From the NCBI GenBank assembly GCA_047601445.1, contig JASGJH010000001.1:7552001-7616000 (forward strand): a stretch of DNA of 64,000 nucleotides. The letters run 5' to 3'. Source of the DNA: Myxococcales bacterium. Its GTDB lineage: Bacteria; Myxococcota_A; Polyangia; Polyangiales; DASUME01. Below, in pieces: positions 60,663-64,000 of the stretch. How positions within the stretch are numbered: position 1 is the stretch's first letter; every line of letters begins with the position of its first letter. The translations under genes were made by a program, and so were the position numbers. The notes below the pieces were generated by a model. That model did no database searches. It was not told where the DNA came from and saw only the letters and a program-made list of their open reading frames with translations.

Positions 60663-62417
60663 TCAGGGGCCCGAGCACTCCGGCAGGATGCCCAGCAACG
60701 AGAACACGGTGTCGTACAGGTTGCCGCTGTAGCAGTTGCCGTGGTCCCCCGCGGTGAGCAGGGCCATGTCGCTGGCGAACACCGAGAACGGATGGTTGGG
60801 GTCGGGGTTTTGGCCGTTGCCGACCACGATGTTGTCGATGACCTGATTGCCCGTGGCTTCGCTGTCGGCGATGAAGCCTGGCGACATGTCCGGGTCCACG
60901 CTGCAGTCGAAGGGGGTGCCGCTCACGACCACGCAGTAGTCGGCCACGGCGATACCGGTGAAGTCGTGGCCCTCCACGCGGTTACGCTCGAAGCGCGACT
61001 CGTCGGCGCCCACGTGCAGGATGCCGGTGCCCGACGGCACCATCGAGAGGATGGAACCCGGACGCGCCGTGTTGGGCTTGTTGTTGGCCTCGAACACGTT
61101 GTCGCGCACCACGTAGCCGGTGGCGTCCGACCGGTTGTCGAAGATGTCCGGCAAGAACAGTGACGCCAGGCCCACGGAGTTGCCGCGAATCGTGTTGTGG
61201 GCCAGCGTGATGTTGGCGCTGTTGGAGATCTCGAAGCCATTGACGTTGCCCTCCACCACGTTGTGGGTGGCACGCACGTTCTCCGAGGTCTCGATCCAGA
61301 TGCCCGAATCGTCCGCCCCGGAGGCCTTGCTGTGGGTGATGAGCCCGTTGCTGGAGAGGGTGGGGAAGATGCCGTAGTTCTTGTTGCCCACCGACTCGAC
61401 GTCCGCGATGGTGAAACGGTCGACGTGCTCGGTGAAGAGCCCGTTGTTCACGAAGTTCTTGATGGTGATGCCGCTGATCCAGAGCCCGTAGATGGTGGGC
61501 CCGGTGCTCTGCATCATGTGCGGATCGGCGCCCTGGATGAGCGGGAAGGGCGGCGCCATGTCCGTATGGCAGTCCATGCAGCGCGTGCGGTCATCGGGCA
61601 CCGCCACGATGCCGTTGCGTTGGTTGCCGGCGTTCTCCAGCACCACGCGCTTCTTCTTGGTCGAGAGACCTACGATGTGGAGGCCGCTCTTGGTGATGTT
61701 GAGACCGTTCACCGGGTCCGAGATTTCGCGATAGGTGCCGGGCAGGATGAAGATCCAACCACCGGGCTTGGCACGGTCGATGGCCTGTTGGATCGACTTG
61801 CCAGGCCGCACGACTTGCACGGATTTCGGCTTACCCGGATCGGTCTCGATCGGCGGCGGTGGTGGCGGCGGAGGCGGCGGTTCGGTGCCCAGCGGATCGA
61901 GGCCACCGATGTCGGTCGGTCCGGTCACACCCGGGATGGTGCCCACGCGCGTGTACAGCACGTTGCTGCTGCCGATGGCCCAGCCCGGTTGTTTGCCGAG
62001 GCCGATCTCCGTGACGTTGTCGTGTCCACCGCCGTCGCCGTCGGAGTCCTCGAGCTCTACGCAGAAGAAGGCCTCTGCATCCGACACGGTGCCGCTGCCG
62101 TCGATGTCGCAGCTCGCGTTCGACGACGCCATCAAGATGTCCCAGCCGTAGCCATTCCACGGACTTCCGCCGTTCGCGTTGCCATGACAGAGCTGGCAGC
62201 CCGCGTTGTCGCCGGACGGAGAGATCGCGCCGTAGCGCTGTTTCCAGGCTTCGAGCTTGGAGGGGAAGGCGTGCGCTTCGCTCGCGTTGCCGAGCGTTGC
62301 TACCAGAGCAGCCGCAAGGGCGAATGCACCCCGCAAGGTCGCCTGCTGCAAGTGTGGTTTCACTCGCGAAATTGGGCTGAATTCGTGTGATGACGAAGTC
62401 ACTGCGTCACGCGCCAT
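60663..62417 (-). CDS. Secreted parallel beta-helix protein with two CxxCH motifs
   Basis: Signal peptide ending AHA; CQLCH and CMDCH; SIQQAID.A.PG..I...PGTY; N..YGIFP..S, GADDSGI repeats. Confidence 0.87.
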   Translation of the reverse strand: MARDAVTSSSHEFSPISRVKPHLQQATLRGAFALAAALVATLGNASEAHAFPSKLEAWKQRYGAISPSGDNAGCQLCHGNANGGSPWNGYGWDILMASSNASCDIDGSGTVSDAEAFFCVELEDSDGDGGGHDNVTEIGLGKQPGWAIGSSNVLYTRVGTIPGVTGPTDIGGLDPLGTEPPPPPPPPPPIETDPGKPKSVQVVRPGKSIQQAIDRAKPGGWIFILPGTYREISDPVNGLNITKSGLHIVGLSTKKKRVVLENAGNQRNGIVAVPDDRTRCMDCHTDMAPPFPLIQGADPHMMQSTGPTIYGLWISGITIKNFVNNGLFTEHVDRFTIADVESVGNKNYGIFPTLSSNGLITHSKASGADDSGIWIETSENVRATHNVVEGNVNGFEISNSANITLAHNTIRGNSVGLASLFLPDIFDNRSDATGYVVRDNVFEANNKPNTARPGSILSMVPSGTGILHVGADESRFERNRVEGHDFTGIAVADYCVVVSGTPFDCSVDPDMSPGFIADSEATGNQVIDNIVVGNGQNPDPNHPFSVFASDMALLTAGDHGNCYSGNLYDTVFSLLGILPECSGP

Positions 62418-62832
62418 GGAGGCACCTCGTGTGAGTTCGGGAGATGGCCTATCTAAGCGGAACTCACTTCGAGCGTCCCAAGAATTGAGCGCTTCACCCT
62501 CACTTAGGTACGCCAAGGTGGCAAGCACGCGCGAACGCGGCCAGAAGGTCTGCCTGCACGGAGCCTCGAGAGCGCGCGCAAAAACCGGGCATTCTTCGCG
62601 CTGCATCTCGCACGAACGGCGTTCAGTTTAAAGACGCTCTGTATCCTGCGCGCTCTCGGGGTGACAGCGAGCGGCTACAACCCGTGTGGTCGTGGCCTGT
62701 GCCACCTTCGGTGCGCGCGAGAAGAGCGTGGTCGATTGCGACGGGCGCTACAGGGAGGCCGACGACGAACGTCGCTTTCGAGGTCGAGTGCTTCAGCCCC
62801 AAGCTCGACGGCTGCAAGCGCCCGACGAAGCG

Positions 62833-63312
62833 CTAGCTTGCCGGTCGTTCCGCTCTTGCGGGTTCCAGGATGACCACGGGGATCGGACGGTCCGTGCGTT
62901 CCTGGTAGTTGGCGTAGCCCTTGTACATGGCCACCAGCAGAGGCCAATAGTGGGCCTTCTCCTGCTCGTTGGCGGTGCGCGCGAGCATCGGCAACTTCTC
63001 GGCACCCAGCTCGACCTCGACGCGCGGCTGATCGCTCAGGTTGAGGTACCAGGCCGGGTGCGACGGGAAGCCGCCCTTGGACGCCACGATGACGTAGCGT
63101 TCGCCGTCGCGCAGGTAGAGCAGGGGAGTGGTGCGCGCTTGGCCCGACTTTCGACCGGTGGTGGTGAGCAACAGGATGGGGGCGCCCTGCATGCTGCCGC
63201 CCAGTTTGCCCTTGGTGGCGCGAAAGAGCTTGGTGTTGAGTCCACCGTAATAGCGACCGAAGAACTCGATGGCCTTCTTCTCGAAGCTGCTGAGCGGGGT
63301 CTTGGTGGGCAT
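62833..63312 (-). CDS. Deazaflavin (F420)-dependent nitroreductase family protein (Ddn-like)
   Basis: LLLTTTGRKSGQ.RTTPL, VASKGG...HPAWYLNL, YANYQERTDRPIPVV.L. Confidence 0.92.
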   Translation of the reverse strand: MPTKTPLSSFEKKAIEFFGRYYGGLNTKLFRATKGKLGGSMQGAPILLLTTTGRKSGQARTTPLLYLRDGERYVIVASKGGFPSHPAWYLNLSDQPRVEVELGAEKLPMLARTANEQEKAHYWPLLVAMYKGYANYQERTDRPIPVVILEPARAERPAS

Positions 63313-63321
63313 GCCTGGCTC

Positions 63322-64000
63322 CTAACTCTGAGAGAGCAATCCGCGCAGTTGATCGGGGGCGACTTGATAGTCCGCGCCGCAGTAGTCGCAGGCGATGTCG
63401 AGCACTTCACCGTCGTTGATGAAGCCCTGGATGTCGGCGACGGGCAACGTGGCCAGGCCCGCCAACACGGAGGCCTGGCTGCAAGGGCAGTGGAAGCGCA
63501 CGTCCCGCGTCTCCACGCGCGAGAAGGGAACGCGGTAGAGGATCTCTTCGAGCAAGGCATCGGGATCGAACACGTCGGCGTCGACGAAGCGGGTGATGTC
63601 GCTGAAGTCGAGGGCCAAGCGTTCCGTCATCACGGCCACGGTGTCGTGATCGGCGCCGGGTAGGAGCTGCACCACGTAGCCTCCGGCGGAGCGCACGGTG
63701 CCCGCGTCGTTGAACAGCGTGGCCGCGCCCATCACCGTGACGATTTGCTCCGAGTCCTGCATGTAGGCCATCAGCGCGCCCGTGATGCCGCCGCGTTCGG
63801 GCACGCGCACCACGCCGCGGTGCACCGAGCCGTTCGGCAGCGTGCGCATGAACTGCATCACGGCGTCCCCGCCCAGCTCGATCTCGTTCTCGCCCGCCTT
63901 GAGATTCACCAGACCGCGCGTACCGCCGTCCGGGAAGGAATCGCCGATCAACGTGCAGCCACCGTGCGCCCCGCGCACCACGCCCTGCACGCGCAGCTGA
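63322..64000 (-). CDS. hslO: Hsp33 redox chaperone (5' part outside the window)
   Basis: YMQDSEQI, AGGYVVQLLPG, FHCPCS...CDYC zinc motif. Confidence 0.92.
   Translation of the reverse strand, partial: QLRVQGVVRGAHGGCTLIGDSFPDGGTRGLVNLKAGENEIELGGDAVMQFMRTLPNGSVHRGVVRVPERGGITGALMAYMQDSEQIVTVMGAATLFNDAGTVRSAGGYVVQLLPGADHDTVAVMTERLALDFSDITRFVDADVFDPDALLEEILYRVPFSRVETRDVRFHCPCSQASVLAGLATLPVADIQGFINDGEVLDIACDYCGADYQVAPDQLRGLLSQS

Overview
High-GC window that looks like a Myxococcota (probably Polyangiales-like) chromosome: Cys-rich and GDGD/DAG-type lipoproteins, an AgmX/PglI C-terminal domain, Ser/Thr kinase signalling and a GRRP ferritin-like protein. The left part is a patchwork of LysR-regulated accessory genes. 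It also holds an unusual five-gene minus-strand signalling cluster (pseudo-receiver/DUF4388/roadblock, roadblock, Ser/Thr kinase fused to a degenerate ExeA-like AAA domain, NarX/PilJ-type sensor-HAMP with no output domain, sigma54 activator), two histidine kinases and a TetR-TolC-MFP-RND efflux operon. The centre has a tRNA-Gly(GCC) whose 3' half plus terminator is duplicated as an exact 103-bp direct repeat. The repeat bounds a 5.8-kb integrase-less island with an OLD-family nuclease, an unknown 629-aa protein and small immunity-like genes. A third, decayed tRNA fragment marks a probably older ~2-kb island with two frameshifted genes. The right part is mostly core or envelope genes (LolC/E, SLT, dnaJ, ABC exporter, Hsp33). 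All family assignments come from recognising motifs by eye; no database search was run.
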